Shown here: piece by piece, positions 19,189 to 30,226 of the stretch
Layout of the letters: each line of letters begins with the position of its first letter
How positions within the stretch are numbered: the stretch's first letter is position 1
Assembly (NCBI GenBank): GCA_019358935.1
Contig: JAHHIK010000007.1
Coordinates: forward strand, 53,884-117,883
DNA: 64,000 nucleotides
Reading direction: 5' to 3'
Origin: Tolypothrix carrinoi HA7290-LM1
GTDB taxonomy: Bacteria > Cyanobacteriota > Cyanobacteriia > Cyanobacteriales > Nostocaceae
The notes under the pieces: model-generated
Told to the model about the DNA's origin: nothing
What the model saw: only the letters and a program-made list of their open reading frames with translations
Databases searched by the model: none
Position numbers and translations under genes: made by a program

Positions 19189-20184
19189 TTGAAGAAGGTG
19201 AACATCCACCACCAGATCGCCAATTTTAATTTCAACCCGGAGTCGCTGGCGTATCCCTTACCGGTACCGCTAACTTTACACCCAGCTGAGGTTTACTTGC
19301 GATCCTTGGGTGAAGGTTCCCGACGCACGATGCGCGAAGCTCTCAATAATATAGCGAAACTCCTCACTAACGATGCTTGCGATGCAACAACTATTGATTG
19401 GTCGAAACTAAGATACCAACACACGGCTGCGGTTAGGTCGGTGTTAATGGAAAAATACAGTCCGGCAATGGCTAACAAGATGTTATGTGCGTTGCGACGG
19501 ACTTTGAAGGAAGCATGGCGGTTGGGGTTAATGTCCACGGATGAGTATGGACGAGCGACTGATATTGAATCTGTGCGGGGGAAGAGTTTACTGAAAGGGC
19601 GATCCCTTGATAATGAGGAAATTACTGCATTATGGGATGATTGTATACGGGATAACTCAAATTTGGGGGCGAGGGATGCGGCGCTGCTGGGGGTTTTGAC
19701 GGTTGGGTTGCGCCGTAGTGAAATCGCGCACCTTGATTTGAGCGATTTTAAGCCGCGCAGTCGATCGCTGACTATCCGCGAAGCTAAGGGGCGTTCGGAG
19801 CGAATTGTATACTTACCATTAGCTAGTGTACGGGCTGTGCAAGATTGGTTGGTTATCAGGGGGAAAGAGGCGGGAGCGTTGTTTTATCCGTTGGATAAGG
19901 GGCATAAAGTTATACCAAGACGCATGAGCGAGCAAGGGGTGTTGCGGGCTTTGCAACGGCGTGGGGAACGTGCGGGTGTGGAGGGGTTTACGCCGCACGA
20001 TTTTAGAAGAACTTTTATTGGTAATTTATTAGATGCGGGGGCAGATATTGTCACTGTAGCTCACCTTGCAGGTCATGTGTCGCCAAACACTACGAGTAAA
20101 TACGATAGGCGTGGGGAAGCTGCGAAGAAACGGGCGGTTGATTTGCTGGATGTACCTTATAGGGGGCGGGGTAAAGGTAATTAA
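19189..20184 (+). CDS. Tyrosine recombinase/integrase (XerC/D-like, probable plasmid resolvase)
   Basis: RDAALL..GLRRSE, KG, HDFRRT, LAGH, TTSKYD catalytic pattern. Start codon uncertain. Confidence 0.9.
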   Translation: MKKVNIHHQIANFNFNPESLAYPLPVPLTLHPAEVYLRSLGEGSRRTMREALNNIAKLLTNDACDATTIDWSKLRYQHTAAVRSVLMEKYSPAMANKMLCALRRTLKEAWRLGLMSTDEYGRATDIESVRGKSLLKGRSLDNEEITALWDDCIRDNSNLGARDAALLGVLTVGLRRSEIAHLDLSDFKPRSRSLTIREAKGRSERIVYLPLASVRAVQDWLVIRGKEAGALFYPLDKGHKVIPRRMSEQGVLRALQRRGERAGVEGFTPHDFRRTFIGNLLDAGADIVTVAHLAGHVSPNTTSKYDRRGEAAKKRAVDLLDVPYRGRGKGN

Positions 20185-20216
20185 GCAGCAATCAAATTAC
20201 AGCAATTTTCAGGTAA

Positions 20217-21973
20217 GGGACTTCCAAGGAATAAATTACTCAACAAAAATCAGAAGACGATATTTCAAGAATAATGATAATCATTATGAGTGGGAAGAGG
20301 TGGTTGCCTATGTCTTCCACCTCTTACCACTCTCAAGTATTCACTAAAAACTCTGCACTCTGTAACGAATTTCAGGCGCATGGGAATAATTAATATTGAT
20401 GATTTTATAGTCAAAACATTTGAGTAATGGTGATTTAAATTAGGTGCTTCCACAACAGATATCAACAAACCACTTTCCTAAATTGGGAAACTTTTCATGT
20501 GTAGATCTAGTGAGACGCTCTATTTTTGTTTCGATAGCAGACATAGCTTTATTGGTAAGCTTAACCCCAGTTTCATAAGTTTGAGCTACTAACTTAACCA
20601 CAGGGTGTTTACCTTTCCATGTCATGTTTTGGGCAAAGTTCAAAGCTGTTTCAACTTCATCTAAAATACTGCCATTCCAAGACTTTTCTAATATCCCCCA
20701 TGTTCGCTCTATTGGATTGTATTTGCTGTGATAGGGTGGATAGTACGCTAAACGTATGTTGAGTTGATATTGATGAGCAAACTCGATTATACGTTTCATA
20801 AACTGGCTACGGCGCGAATTATTCTCTCCACCATTATCTTGATTAATAATAAGTGTTTTTATTTCCGAAAATCTCCAACTTTCATTATTCCAAAAATCTG
20901 ATAAAACATCAACAATAAAATCACTCGTTACCTTAGACTCTGTAAAGTATAAAAATAGTTCATCTAATTATGGAAGGAAGATGCCATAAGGAGTTATGGT
21001 TGTTTTTGGATTATAATCATGGTCGTCAGTTTTAATTGAAAGTCGGTTTCTACCACCTCGGTCAAAGGAACCAATATTGACACGACATGAGTGCATCAAG
21101 ACTTAAACGTAAAATGCTCTTGTCATCCAAAGCCGATTGATTAACTATTGCTAGTTGCTCAAAGATAGCATCAGTTTCGGGTATTTTTTTTGAGGGAAAA
21201 CTTTTGCTACCCGTTTGAGTCGATAACCTAAATAATTCAATTTGATGCGAATTGTTTCTTCGGTCGGTAACTGTTCATAACTATAACCGAACTTCTCAAT
21301 TAATAGCTTTCTTACTTGGCTTGCAGTTAGGCGCGTATACAGTCTCTGACTTTTAAAACTGGGGTCGGTAAGACGAGTGGGAATCCACTAATTTTTTAAT
21401 ATCTTCTAACAGACTTGGTAAATGTTCCTCTGCCTTATAACGCCCCTTCGCCGAATAATTATCTACACAAGTAATTCCACTAGTTAATTCTTTAATCCCT
21501 TTACGAATAGTATTTCTATCCCACCCTAACTCTTTTTGAGCTAGTAATTGTCGCAGTACCTAACTCTATTACAACTTGGGAAGAGAAAACGCCGCCTTGC
21601 TGCACCTTTGAGTTGGCTTGCTGTTTCCTTGAACAATTTTATGACTGGATCAGTTAATTCTATTGACACTTCAAAGACCCAAAATCTCAACCTCAATTAA
21701 TGTACTACAAAAAGGGGAAGAAGAAGCCGCCGCCGGCGGCTTCTTCTTCCCCTCTAACAATGATTATCATTATTGTACTTGGTGATTTTATTCTTTGGAA
21801 GTCCCTAATGCTCTTAGGGAGATCCAAAAAATAAAATATCCAGCCCTCCGGGTTCATCAGTTCGACGGGACGTAAACCGACCCCTGAGACTGATTCACCG
21901 TCAAACCTAGATGCCCCTATCCGCAACCAACCATTTCAATACACGGCTGGATATTTTATTACTTGTAAGTGCC
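20217..21973 (-). mobile_element. ISAzo13-family insertion sequence
   Basis: Imperfect terminal IRs GGGACTTCCAAGGAATAAATTA / GGCACTTACAAGTAATAAAATA (revcomp of right end), flanked by a TAA duplication (20214-16 and 21974-76); contains a disrupted transposase. Confidence 0.8.
20440..21669 (-). pseudogene. ISAzo13-family transposase, frameshifted
   Basis: The GTG at 21669 gives SIELTDPVIKLFKETASQLKGAARRRF. The C-terminal fragment has YYPPYHSKYNPIERTWG and NMTWKG. No continuous ORF. Confidence 0.82.
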
Positions 21974-21980
21974 TAAGGTA

Positions 21981-22120
21981 TTGAACTTTAGTATGAATTT
22001 AGATTCCAACCTTAGTTGGAGCCAACCTTACATCGATATATGGACTGATTCATCAATCATTGTATTGTACAAAAGTTTCAACTTTGAGTGGACGACAAGT
22101 TAGAGTTAATTGCATATATT
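21981..22120 (+). promoter_or_regulatory. Promoter with five 16-bp boxes phased at 24 bp and a TATATT -10-like hexamer
   Basis: Boxes at 21981 TTGAACTTTAGTATGA, 22005 TCCAACCTTAGTTGGA, 22029 TACATCGATATATGGA, 22053 TCAATCATTGTATTGT and 22077 TTCAACTTTGAGTGGA, then CGACAAG; TATATT at 22115. Homologous to 45015-45130 on the - strand. Confidence 0.7.
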
Positions 22121-22873
22121 TAATTCAGGCAAATATTGAGAGCAATTTAGTTGCAATATTTCAGTTTACTTGACACAAAGAGAGTAAGAAGAGGGTTGTA
22201 TGCTCAACGCTGATGCTGAACATACAGTATCAGTGAGCTTTGACCGTGACCTGATATTTCCCAATTCCTGCCTGATATATCTAAAAAGTGTACATTGCTC
22301 GCATCAATGTTCGCGTTTTGGCAACAGCACGATCGGCTTTACGTCATCGTCAGATCAATTGTGTTATTGATTCTTATTCATGGTCTTCTGGCAACGGAAT
22401 AATTTCTCAGTATTTCAAACAGCTTAGATCATCTACTAATTGAGTCAGTAATCTTAATCAATATTTCGTTGAGGATAATCTTATGACACGTATGCCATTA
22501 CTAGTTGAAGATGATTTTGAGTATTCCAAAGTTCCAACTCAGAGTAACTTTTTTGGAAATTCTCCTGTTAATCATGCACTCACTGCTGTCGCCCAAGAGG
22601 TCGCTAGATTGCTTCAACACGCAAATCCTGTTCAAGCATGGCAGCAACCACGCTGAAACAATTGCAATTCGATCCATAGAACCGGAATACAGCCAAATTC
22701 TTACTATTGAAACGTTGACTGAGTTAGAGTCAAATCTATGTCAGACAAACACGAAGCTGTGAACATTTTTCCATCTCATGTGAAAGCAGAAACCGCCTGT
22801 GCAAATGAAGGCTTTTCCCATCTGGTAATTCGTTTGGACTAGTTTTTCTGCCTCGTTCAAGAGTGGGGTAAAT

Positions 22874-23804
22874 ATGATGTACAAAACGACAATTTTTGAT
22901 GTCACAACTCATTACCATCAAACTGCTTGGCAGATTATTCAAAGCTATATTCAGCTTACAAAGCCTCGTATCCTCTTACTGTTATTGATCACAACGACTG
23001 CTGGTATGGCAATGGCAGCAAAAGGACGTGTTGATCTCTGGCTGCTGTTGATCACTTTAGTCAGTGGTGCTTGTGCAGCAGGAGCCGCGAATACTATGAA
23101 TTGTCTCTATGATCGTGACATTGATTATGAGATGGAAGGCACACGCCATCGTCCGTTGCCATCGGGTCGGATACAGCCTCATTATGCCTTACCGTTTGCG
23201 ATCGCCCTCACTCTGATTTCGTTTACACTTCTAGCCGTTTTTGCAAATCTGTTGAGTGCAAACTTGGCAATGGTTGGGATTCTCATTTATGTGCTGGTCT
23301 ACACCCATTGGTTGAAACGGCATCACGCCCAGAACATTTTCCTGGGAGGAGCAGCAGGTGCTATTCTGCCTCTGGTCGGCTGGGCAGCAGTGACAGGCGA
23401 TCTAAGTTGGGCGGCGTGGTGCTTGCTTATTTGCGCTCGTGTTTCTCTGGACACCGCCGCATTTCTGGGCATTGGCAATGATGCTGCAAGATGATTATGC
23501 CAAAGTAAACGTGCCGATGCTGCCTGTAGTGGCAGGAAATGAAATCACAACTCGACAAATTTTTGCCTACACTTTGATTCTGGTTCCAGTTAGCTTACTG
23601 CTCACCTACCCGTTCCAAATCACCAATTGGCTGTATCTAGTTATTGCGATCGCCCTGGGAAGCATTTTTGTTCATAAAGTCTGGTTGTTAATGCAGTCTC
23701 CCTCAGATTTGGAGTTGGCCAGATCGTTATTTAAGTACTCGATCATTTACATGATGTTGCTATCGGTGGCGATCGTAGTTGATTGCTTACCCATCTTTAA
23801 TTGA
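22874..23804 (+). pseudogene. ctaB: Heme o synthase (protoheme IX farnesyltransferase), split by a frameshift near 23425-23440
   Basis: [28 protein letters not shown] and GGAAGA..PL.GWAA are in one frame; [26 protein letters not shown] continues in another frame. Could also be a sequencing error. Confidence 0.85.
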
Positions 23805-23872
23805 GCAAAGAGAGCGACATTGTTAAGCCGTTGGTTAAATTGCTTGCTGCTGTTTATTAACCACTTCCTAAA

Positions 23873-25225
23873 ATGAATTCTTCTCGCCCCACAGTGATTA
23901 TCGGAGCAGGCTTTGCAGGTCTTTTTACAGCTTTGCATCTGCGTCATCAGCAAGACTTGCGCTCGATCATTTTGATTGATCCACAAGAACGGTTTGTCTT
24001 CAAGCCAATGTTGTATGAACTATTGACAGGTGAATTGTCAGAAGATGCCGTTTGTCCGACTTATAAAGAGTTGCTGCAAGGCAGTGATATCAACTTTGTA
24101 CAGGACAAAGTAGTGGCGATCAACCTGCAAGAAAAACGTCTTAAGTTAGCTTCTGGCTCAGATTATATCTATGATCATCTGGTCTTAGCTGTTGGCAGTA
24201 TTCAGGGTTATTTAGGAACAGAGGGCGCACAAAAAAACGCATTCGCATTTCGGACACAAGAGAATGCGATCGCTCTGGAACGCCAGTTACGAGAATGTTT
24301 GCAACGTGCTAGCCAAACGGATGACGAAACACAACGGCGATCGCTCCTCACGTTTGCTGTCGTTGGGGCAGGCCCGACAGGGGTAGAAATGGCGGCAACC
24401 CTGGCAGATTTGTTACCCGACTGGTACGCCCAACTCGGCGGCGATATTCGTCAGATTCGCATTGTCTTAATCAATCATGGCAAGACGATTCTCGCAGGCG
24501 ATGTCAACGCGGGTTTGCAGGAAGAGGCTCTCCACGCTTTCAGAACTCGAACAGTACCTGTTGAGTTGATATTAGGCGTAGGGGTGAAAGCGGTTGCTCA
24601 AGACCACCTGGAGTATCAACCTGCCAACAGCACTGAGATAAAAACGCTGTTGACTCAAACCACCATCTGGACAGCCGGGACTGCCGTGAACCCACTCATC
24701 CAAAATCTCAAGTCCCAAATTCTCGCAGATCACCTGGATAAGCATGGGCTACCGCTTGTCACTTTAACTCTGCAACTGCTGGATTTTCCAGAAGTGTTTG
24801 CCGCAGGCGATTGCGCGGACGTGCAGCCACAAACCTTACCGGCTCTAGCCCAGGTAGCATATCAGCAAGGTGCGAGCATTGCCCACAATTTGATTGCCCT
24901 TGCTAAAGGAGCATCCCCTAGCCCAGCCCATGTGAGTCTTCGGGGTACGCTAATGAAATTGGGTTTAGGAAATGGGGTAGCAAACTTGTTTGACAAAGTG
25001 CAGATAACTGGCAAACCTGGCGATCTAATTCGCAGTGCAGCGTATTTGGAAATGCTGCCCACCCCACTGCATGACTTTAAGGCAACCACAGAATGGCTGA
25101 AGGAAGAAACTTTCCATCGCTATCACAGACCCAAGATGAAGCCAGAAACCACCGCAAAACAGCCTCTCTCTTCGGTTGAACAACGAGAGCGATCGCTCAT
25201 CCAGCTGTGTATGCCACTGGATTAG
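23873..25225 (+). CDS. NAD(P)/FAD-dependent oxidoreductase, type II NADH dehydrogenase-like
   Basis: IIGAGFAG, FKPMLYE, YDHLVLAVG, VVGAGPTGVEMA, VFAAGDCA, AQVAYQQG. Confidence 0.88.
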   Translation: MNSSRPTVIIGAGFAGLFTALHLRHQQDLRSIILIDPQERFVFKPMLYELLTGELSEDAVCPTYKELLQGSDINFVQDKVVAINLQEKRLKLASGSDYIYDHLVLAVGSIQGYLGTEGAQKNAFAFRTQENAIALERQLRECLQRASQTDDETQRRSLLTFAVVGAGPTGVEMAATLADLLPDWYAQLGGDIRQIRIVLINHGKTILAGDVNAGLQEEALHAFRTRTVPVELILGVGVKAVAQDHLEYQPANSTEIKTLLTQTTIWTAGTAVNPLIQNLKSQILADHLDKHGLPLVTLTLQLLDFPEVFAAGDCADVQPQTLPALAQVAYQQGASIAHNLIALAKGASPSPAHVSLRGTLMKLGLGNGVANLFDKVQITGKPGDLIRSAAYLEMLPTPLHDFKATTEWLKEETFHRYHRPKMKPETTAKQPLSSVEQRERSLIQLCMPLD

Positions 25226-25356
25226 AGTGGACAACCTCCTCACCGCCGCCAAGCGAAAACTTTGAAGAGATTCCCACCATCACCTCAGAACCCTATGGTT
25301 ACGGGGAATCTGACAGATTGACAGTTGATCGATCATCTATTTAAAGAGAACCACTG

Positions 25357-25941
25357 ATGAAGACACGAACAACAAAACGATTGGTTGGTGGAATCTTAAC
25401 AATTGGCATGATTGGACTGCTACGCTCGCAGCCTCTCTTCGCGCTTACAGTCAGGCAAGCTCAACCAAATTCCTCTCAAGACTATGTACTTCCCTACCGG
25501 GGCAGTTGGACGGGAACCTTCCGTACTGTCGGTTCTCAGGGGCAGATACTCGTATTTATTGATCCTGCCGGCAAACTGTACGGAAGTTTGAAGTCTAATG
25601 ATGGTGAGAACTTTGCTCAAATTAGCGGTTACCATCGCGGAAGTAAGTTTCATCTGGTTTTCACCCCTCCACCCAGCAGCCTTAACCAGTTTGGCACCGC
25701 TAGTCCTTACACCGTTGATGCAACCGCAAAGTGGGAGCAAGGGGTGAGTCGATTTGTCATCTCAGCCCCAACTAGAACGGGTCACTCACAATTATATACA
25801 TTTGAGAAATCAATCGATAAAACAATACATCGAACGGAGTTGCGATCTCCTCTGGCGAGGCTTAAGCCCATCGCCTCCCTTTTCACTAAAAGTGAATTTA
25901 ACGCAACTACAAGCAATTCGAAAAACCATTCGGGATGCTAA
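25357..25941 (+). CDS. Hypothetical protein with signal-peptide-like N-terminus; its 3' end runs into the tal/pgi remnant
   Basis: ATG with a purine-rich upstream sequence; basic N-terminus plus a hydrophobic stretch; no recognised family. Confidence 0.5.
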   Translation: MKTRTTKRLVGGILTIGMIGLLRSQPLFALTVRQAQPNSSQDYVLPYRGSWTGTFRTVGSQGQILVFIDPAGKLYGSLKSNDGENFAQISGYHRGSKFHLVFTPPPSSLNQFGTASPYTVDATAKWEQGVSRFVISAPTRTGHSQLYTFEKSIDKTIHRTELRSPLARLKPIASLFTKSEFNATTSNSKNHSGC

Positions 25942-26229
25942 AAAAGTCGCTACCTGCCTCGGCTTTGGCCCACGCTTTTTGCATTCCACCGGACAGGCTT
26001 ATAAGGGTGGAACCAACAGAGGTGTGTTTTCCAAATCACCTGTGATGATGCCACAGACATTCCTGTGCCTCAGTAGAAATATACCTTTGGGGTTGTGAAA
26101 GCAGCTCAAGCACGGGGAGATTTTCAAGTTTTGGTAGAACGCGATCGACGGGCATTGCGACTACATCTGGAGAAAGATGTTGAAGCTGGATTGAACATTT
26201 TGAGGCAAGCGATCAAGCAAATTTTGTAA
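25880..26229 (+). pseudogene. C-terminal remnant of a bifunctional transaldolase/phosphoglucose isomerase
   Basis: LQAIRKTIRDAKKVATCLGFGPRFLHSTGQAYKGG, then after a frameshift ITCDDATDIPVPQ*KYTFGVVKAAQARGDFQVLVERDRRALRLHL; contains an internal TAG. Confidence 0.75.
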
Positions 26230-26254
26230 GCCCTTTTGCACAGGTGATGTACTT

Positions 26255-27502
26255 CAGGACTTACGCAACTGGCACAATGCGATCGCATTTTAATAGTACA
26301 TAAGTACTAATTAAATCGGATTCCGAAAGCTTTGTCTTCGCAATCTTATGTCGCTGTCTTGAAAGCACTATTGAAATATTCATGAGAAAATAGGTAGAGG
26401 GTGTATTAGATAAATTTTACTTACGGTAATGAGATTTACTAAGCTTAATTACTGCCAATATTTATTAAGTAGTCAAATTAATTATACAATCACAAATTTG
26501 GCGGAGCATTTAGAACAGATCAGTCATGATAAAATCAACCGTTATTTAAAGAACGAAAAATTAACGCCTCGGATTCTTTGGGATAACGTTAAAGATTTAA
26601 TAGAAACATCGGTGAGCGCCTATGTGATTTTTGATGACACAGTAATTGATAAAAGATACGCTCTAGAAATAGAGCCTAGTAAACGACAATATAGCGGCAA
26701 TGAACATGGCGTCATTCAAGGAATTGGGCTGGTAACTTGTGTATATGTTAATCATGAACTTGGGAAATATTGGGTAGTTGACTATCGGATTTATGACCCA
26801 GATAAAGATGGAAAAATCAAGATAGATCACGTCATAGAGATGCTGCAAAACCTTGTGTACCATAAAGATTTACCATTTCAAGCTGTGTTAATGGACAGTT
26901 GGTATGCAACGAATAAATTGATGTTATATATTGATAGTCTAAATAAATATTATTATTGTCCCTTAAAACGCAATCGACTTGTTGATGATACGCAAGGTCA
27001 AGAAAATTATAATAAAATTGAATTACTATCTTGGAATGGACTAGAACTTAAATCAGGTAAAATAGTAAAAATAAAGAAGTTCCCTCAAGCTAAAAAAGTG
27101 AAACTGTTCCGGGTAACTGTCTCTACCGACAGAACGGATTTTATCGCGACAAACGATTTATCTCAAGATTCTACGGACGTTGTACAAAAAGTGTGTAAGG
27201 TTCGATGGAAGATTGAGGAGTTTCATAGAGAATTAAAACAATTGACTGGTCTTGAATCATGTCAATGTCGCAAAGGTCGTATTCAAAGAAACCATATCGC
27301 CTGTGCTATTTTAGTCTGGCTTAGGCTCAAAGATTTAGCATATAAAAGTAGTCAAACAATTTATCAAATTAAGCACTCCTTGCTGTCAAATTATTTAGTT
27401 GAGCAACTAAAACGTCCAAATGTTCCCATGTTTATTATCTAGTTGTTTGGCGCTAGGCGCGGCTGCGCCGCGCCCTCGCTTGTGACAGTTGCGTAAGTCC
27501 TG
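26255..27502 (+). mobile_element. IS701-family insertion sequence, apparently intact
   Basis: Terminal IRs CAGGACTTACGCAACTGGCACAA / TTGTGACAGTTGCGTAAGTCCTG; 5-bp direct repeat TACTT at 26250-54 and 27503-07. Confidence 0.9.
26429..27442 (+). CDS. IS701-family DDE transposase
   Basis: YCQYLLSSQINYT, IFDDTVIDK, VLMDSWYA, RWKIEEFHRELKQLTG. Confidence 0.9.
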   Translation: MRFTKLNYCQYLLSSQINYTITNLAEHLEQISHDKINRYLKNEKLTPRILWDNVKDLIETSVSAYVIFDDTVIDKRYALEIEPSKRQYSGNEHGVIQGIGLVTCVYVNHELGKYWVVDYRIYDPDKDGKIKIDHVIEMLQNLVYHKDLPFQAVLMDSWYATNKLMLYIDSLNKYYYCPLKRNRLVDDTQGQENYNKIELLSWNGLELKSGKIVKIKKFPQAKKVKLFRVTVSTDRTDFIATNDLSQDSTDVVQKVCKVRWKIEEFHRELKQLTGLESCQCRKGRIQRNHIACAILVWLRLKDLAYKSSQTIYQIKHSLLSNYLVEQLKRPNVPMFII

Positions 27503-27608
27503 TACTTGAACAGGAAGGATGAAATATTGCTGTTCTGTTAATGAACCAGAATCTTATCTCTAATCAGAACCGACTCTATGCAAACGAGAATTACATTGGA
27601 GAAAAATT

Positions 27609-28637
27609 ATGCAGATGGGAGTGATTGGTCTAGGACGTATGGGTGCGAACATTGTTCGGCGACTGCTGCAAAACAATCATGAATGTGTAGTGTTCAATCG
27701 CACACCTGACAAAGTGAAACTACTTGCATCAGAAGGGGCGATCGGCACTTACAGCTTGGATGATTTTGTCCAGAAGCTCAATAAACCTCGTGCGATTTGG
27801 TTGATGGTGCCAGCCGGAGAACCAACCGAGCAGATGGTGAAGGAACTGGCTGCAAAACTGCATTCCGGCGATATCTTAATTGATGGCGGCAACTCTTACT
27901 ACATTGACGATATTCGACGGGCAAATGATCTGATGCAAAAGGGCATTCACTACCTAGATGTGGGAACCAGTGGCGGAGTGTGGGGTTTGGAGCGGGGTTA
28001 TTGCATGATGATTGGTGGATCTCAGATGGTGGTTCAGTATCTCGATCCCATTTTTAAATCATTAGCTCCCGGACGGGGTGATATTCCGCGTACTGTTGGA
28101 CGGGAAAAGGTAGGCGGTACGGCTGAAGAAGGCTATCTGCACTGCGGATCGAATGGGGCGGGGCATTTTGTCAAGATGGTGCATAATGGCATCGAATATG
28201 GCTTAATGGCAGCCTACGCAGAAGGATTGAATATCTTGCATCACGCCAATGTGGGTAAGCAGAACCGTGTGGCTAATGCTGAAACGACCCCCCTCCGCAA
28301 TCCTGAACACTATCAGTATGACTTGAATCTGCCTGATATTGCCGAAGTTTGGCGACGGGGCAGTGTAATTGCCTCCTGGCTACTGGATCTAACTGCGATC
28401 GCCCTCCTGGAACAACCAGACCTATCAGGCTTTGGGGGGCGCGTGTCTGATTCAGGCGAAGGACGCTGGACGATCGCAGCCGCCATTGACGAAGGCACTC
28501 CCGTTCCTGTACTCAGCGCAGCCCTGTATCAACGGTTTAGCTCACGCGGCGAAAATGATTTTGCGGATAAGCTGTTGTCTGCCATGCGTTTCCAGTTTGG
28601 CGGACACGTAGAACAACAGGCGGAGATAAAATCATGA
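27609..28637 (+). CDS. gnd: 6-phosphogluconate dehydrogenase (decarboxylating, short type)
   Basis: [58 protein letters not shown]. Confidence 0.95.
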   Translation: MQMGVIGLGRMGANIVRRLLQNNHECVVFNRTPDKVKLLASEGAIGTYSLDDFVQKLNKPRAIWLMVPAGEPTEQMVKELAAKLHSGDILIDGGNSYYIDDIRRANDLMQKGIHYLDVGTSGGVWGLERGYCMMIGGSQMVVQYLDPIFKSLAPGRGDIPRTVGREKVGGTAEEGYLHCGSNGAGHFVKMVHNGIEYGLMAAYAEGLNILHHANVGKQNRVANAETTPLRNPEHYQYDLNLPDIAEVWRRGSVIASWLLDLTAIALLEQPDLSGFGGRVSDSGEGRWTIAAAIDEGTPVPVLSAALYQRFSSRGENDFADKLLSAMRFQFGGHVEQQAEIKS

Positions 28638-29050
28638 CGATTGCCACTGCACCTCAGTCTCAAGTTGAAAGCTCGGTTCATCCGGCTGAACCTTTTGTGA
28701 TCGTCATCTTTGGTGCTGCCGGAGATTTAACCAAGCGTCTGCTGATCCCTGCCCTTTATAACTTGAAACGCAGTAATTTACTGCCACAGGAGTTTGCGAT
28801 CGTTGGGATTGCTCACACTCCCATGAGCCAAGACGACTTTCGCAGCCAACTCAATCGGGATATCCACGAATTCGCAACGGTTGCGGTTGACGATCGCCTC
28901 TGGCAGCAGATCGAGCAGCGATCGTACTATCTTCAAGGTAAATTTCAGAATGAAACAGTCTGTCTAAGAGATTCTAGTTTACTCCTGCGGCACATTCCTC
29001 ACCATCAGGTGCATTGGTTTTGCCGACGCTGTTGGCAAGATATGTCGTAA
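28634..29050 (+). pseudogene. zwf: Glucose-6-phosphate dehydrogenase N-terminal fragment fused to an unrelated tail
   Basis: IVIFGAAGDLTKRLLIPALYNL matches the G6PD N-terminus; only ~105 aa of a ~500-aa enzyme are present. Confidence 0.85.
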
Positions 29051-29098
29051 GCGGAAAGGAAAGAAGTTTTACCAAACAATAATTTTAGGAGAAACACA

Positions 29099-30046
29099 AT
29101 GACTCATCGAGTAAAAGAAATTCTCAGTTGGTATGGCAGCGACAATCCCGGAACGTTGACTAATTTAGCTCGGTTGCTGAATCATGGCAAACTAGCTGGA
29201 ACTGGCAAAGTCGTCATGCTGCCTGTGGATCAAGGCTTTGAGCATGGGCCAGCTAGCAGTTTTGCGCCCAATCCACCAGCCTATGATCCTCGCTATCATT
29301 TTGAGTTAGCGATCGCAGCAGGATGCAATGCCTATGCCGCACCGTTAGGATTTTTGGAAGCGGGAGCGCGAGAATTTGCAGGTGAAATTCCCCTAATTCT
29401 GAAAGCCAATGATCACGATGTGTTACTAGCTGAGTCAGACCCAACGCAAGCACTCACTGGCAGCGTGGAGGATGCGCTGAGGTTAGGATGTGTGGGGATC
29501 GGTTTCACTATCTATCCAGGTTCAGCCCATCGGTTTGAGATGTATCAGCAGATTCGAGCCTGTGCCGAGGTAGCAAAGCGGCATGGATTGGTCGTGATGA
29601 TTTGGTCTTATGCGCGGGGATCGGGTTTAAGTAAAGTGGGTGAGACAGCGATCGATGTGATTGGCTATGCGGCTCAGATTGCGGCTCAATTGGGCGCTCA
29701 CATCATCAAAGTGAAACTGCCCAACGAACACGTTGAACAGGATGCAGCCCGCAAGGTGTATGAGCAAGAGCAAATTCCGATCGCAACATTATCTGAACGA
29801 GTGCATCATGTGGTGCAATGTGCCTTTAACGGACGGCGGATTGTCATTTTTTCGGGTGGGCCGATCGACAGTGATAATGCTTTCCTCAATGAAGTTCGTG
29901 CCATTAATGCCGGACATGGATTTGGTTCGATTATCGGACGCAATTCTTTCCAGCGTTCTAAGCCAGATGCACTGCGATTGCTCAACACAATCATGGATAT
30001 TTACAGTGGACAGTCTGAGACCATTCGCACTCCTGCACTGACCTAA
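29099..30046 (+). CDS. fbaB: Class I fructose-bisphosphate aldolase (DhnA/FbaB type)
   Basis: LPVDQGFEHGP, VEDALRLGC.GIGFTIYPGS, AAQLGAHIIKVKLP, GSIIGRNSFQR. Confidence 0.92.
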   Translation: MTHRVKEILSWYGSDNPGTLTNLARLLNHGKLAGTGKVVMLPVDQGFEHGPASSFAPNPPAYDPRYHFELAIAAGCNAYAAPLGFLEAGAREFAGEIPLILKANDHDVLLAESDPTQALTGSVEDALRLGCVGIGFTIYPGSAHRFEMYQQIRACAEVAKRHGLVVMIWSYARGSGLSKVGETAIDVIGYAAQIAAQLGAHIIKVKLPNEHVEQDAARKVYEQEQIPIATLSERVHHVVQCAFNGRRIVIFSGGPIDSDNAFLNEVRAINAGHGFGSIIGRNSFQRSKPDALRLLNTIMDIYSGQSETIRTPALT

Positions 30047-30226
30047 TTTGTCTATCAAGACTGTTTTGATGAGTTTGCGATCGAAATCGATCAAAACAGC
30101 CTAAAAATTGGGTTTGTTGTCTCTATTACGAACCGACTCCTCACCTTGAAGCAATCTTCCCCACCCCAATATGCCTGACTTTTTTCATCGCTTGCATTTC
30201 TCTACTGCTGCCAGGAAAGCTAGATC

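Noticed and set aside
22200..22762. Possible degraded membrane-protein (DUF1634-like) and hypothetical gene fragments
   Set aside because: The similarity is too short to support without a search.
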